From assembly GCA_027420455.1 (NCBI GenBank), contig DAIBJA010000072.1:24-64023 (forward strand): a stretch of 64,000 nucleotides of DNA, given 5' to 3'. A program made the translations under genes and the position numbers. This document shows, piece after piece, positions 62,144-64,000 of this stretch (its first letter is position 1; each line of letters opens with the position of its first letter). The DNA comes from Clostridia bacterium. Lineage in GTDB: Bacteria > Bacillota > Sulfobacillia > JAJZYS01 > JAJYTV01. The notes below the pieces were generated by a model, which searched no databases, was not told where the DNA came from, and saw only the letters and a list, made by a program, of their open reading frames with translations.

Positions 62144-62225
62144 TCTCCGGGCAACGTGGAGGAATCGCCATTCGGACGGGCGAACATCCTTCTGTTTCAC
62201 CAGGGAGGGATGATCCATCCGAAAG

Positions 62226-63575
<1,350 letters not shown>

Positions 63576-63609
63576 GATCCCCAGGGACCGGCGAGGCTTG
63601 GCATAGGGC

Positions 63610-63651
63610 GGGGACCGATCGCGATGTCGCGGTGGGTCCCCGTCGCCTGTT
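63610..63651 (+). terminator. Candidate terminator hairpin after accC. It lacks a strong U-tract.
   Basis: GGGGACC...GGTCCCC 7-bp outer stem with an inner CGCGA/TCGCG pairing. Confidence 0.35.
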
Positions 63652-63814
63652 CGCGCTGCTTAGCCCGTTGCCTCGGCGCCTTGTTTCGTCGACCGGTCGA
63701 CCGTGCGGTGCTATAAGATGGTACCGGGCTTGAGGCGGGGCGAGCGCTGCCCGGAGCCAGATCGGCTGAGGGTGGCCTGACACCGCGCCTCGAGCGGCGG
63801 AAGGAGGTCACAAG

Positions 63815-64000
63815 ATGCGCCGTTTGGACCTGCGTGGTCAGTGCTGACTGGGGCCGATCATCAGCGTGGCTGATGTCATGCGGGCAATGGCGGTGGGAGA
63901 AAAGCTCGTGGTGCAAGCGGACAAGAAGTCCGTTCCGCGCGATCTCGAGGCCTTTGCGCGCACTACGGGCAATCGCTTCCTTGGCGCGGAAAACGAAGGA
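63815..64000 (+). CDS. TusA/SirA-like sulfurtransferase-family ORF, partial at the window end, with an in-frame TGA (63845..63847) at the catalytic-Cys position. Candidate selenocysteine-containing protein; the alternative is a nonsense-disrupted pseudogene.
   Basis: Perfect AAGGAGG RBS 7 nt before the ATG. Translation MRRLDLRGQC[TGA]LGPIISVADVMRAMAVGEKLVVQADKKSVPRDLEAFARTTGNRFLG aligns gaplessly to TusA/YrkF (LDAKGLACPMPIV...ATDPGS..DIP.WAK.TGHELL), with TGA opposite the CPxP cysteine. Confidence 0.5.

Noticed and set aside
63815-63847. Reading 63815..63847 as an independent 10-codon leader peptide (MRRLDLRGQC-stop).
   Set aside because: TusA-family similarity continues in the same frame straight through the TGA, with the TGA on the catalytic-Cys position. 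The Sec or pseudogene interpretation fits better than a leader peptide, although it remains unproven.

Overview
Contiguous chromosomal segment of about 70% GC that is densely coding and reads as core genome of a high-GC endospore-forming Firmicute; the lineage guess (Symbiobacterium/Thermaerobacter/Limnochordia-like) is inference only. No tRNA/rRNA, CRISPR array, IS element or integrase was seen. Gene content in order: (1) mmsA, partial, truncated at the window start, plus an omega-aminotransferase and a PucR-family regulator, suggesting beta-alanine/3-aminoisobutyrate catabolism. (2) A small exonuclease, an ABC-2 exporter pair, a GNAT acetyltransferase, asnB and a rhomboid protease. (3) A yqeG-aroE-aroC-aroK/aroB shikimate operon. 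(4) A candidate c-di-GMP-I (GEMM) riboswitch with terminator/antiterminator, directly upstream of a complete Flp/Tad pilus locus (flp, tadE, tadG-like, cpaB, cpaE, cpaF, tadB, tadC). (5) A convergent radical-SAM/SPASM gene and a divergent MFS transporter. (6) gcvT-gcvH-gcvPA-gcvPB, a LipM/LplA-family ligase and glyA. (7) A secreted protein with an internal tandem duplication, an orphan nuoI homolog and ybaK. (8) A large GAF/PAS-GGDEF-EAL protein. (9) A sensor histidine kinase whose sensor is a full ammonium-transporter (Amt) domain, a LuxR-type response regulator and a canonical amt. (10) A minus-strand pentose-phosphate block (pgl, zwf, gnd, fused tal-pgi, tkt) flanked by a SIS-domain protein. 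(11) A TlpA-like thioredoxin, aroQ, a Xaa-Pro aminopeptidase and efp. (12) An SLH/FN3 S-layer-type protein and a methyltransferase. (13) The complete spoIIIAA-AH operon, then accC with no accB. (14) At the window end, a TusA/SirA-like ORF with an in-frame TGA exactly at the catalytic-Cys position followed by a hairpin, i.e. a selenoprotein candidate. Several genes appear to lack canonical start codons: CTG/ATC candidates for the ABC ATPase, spoIIIAD and accC, and no start at all for the aminotransferase N-terminus. The three most unusual items are the TusA-like UGA ORF, the Amt-sensor two-component system next to amt, and the GEMM riboswitch in front of the Tad pilus operon.
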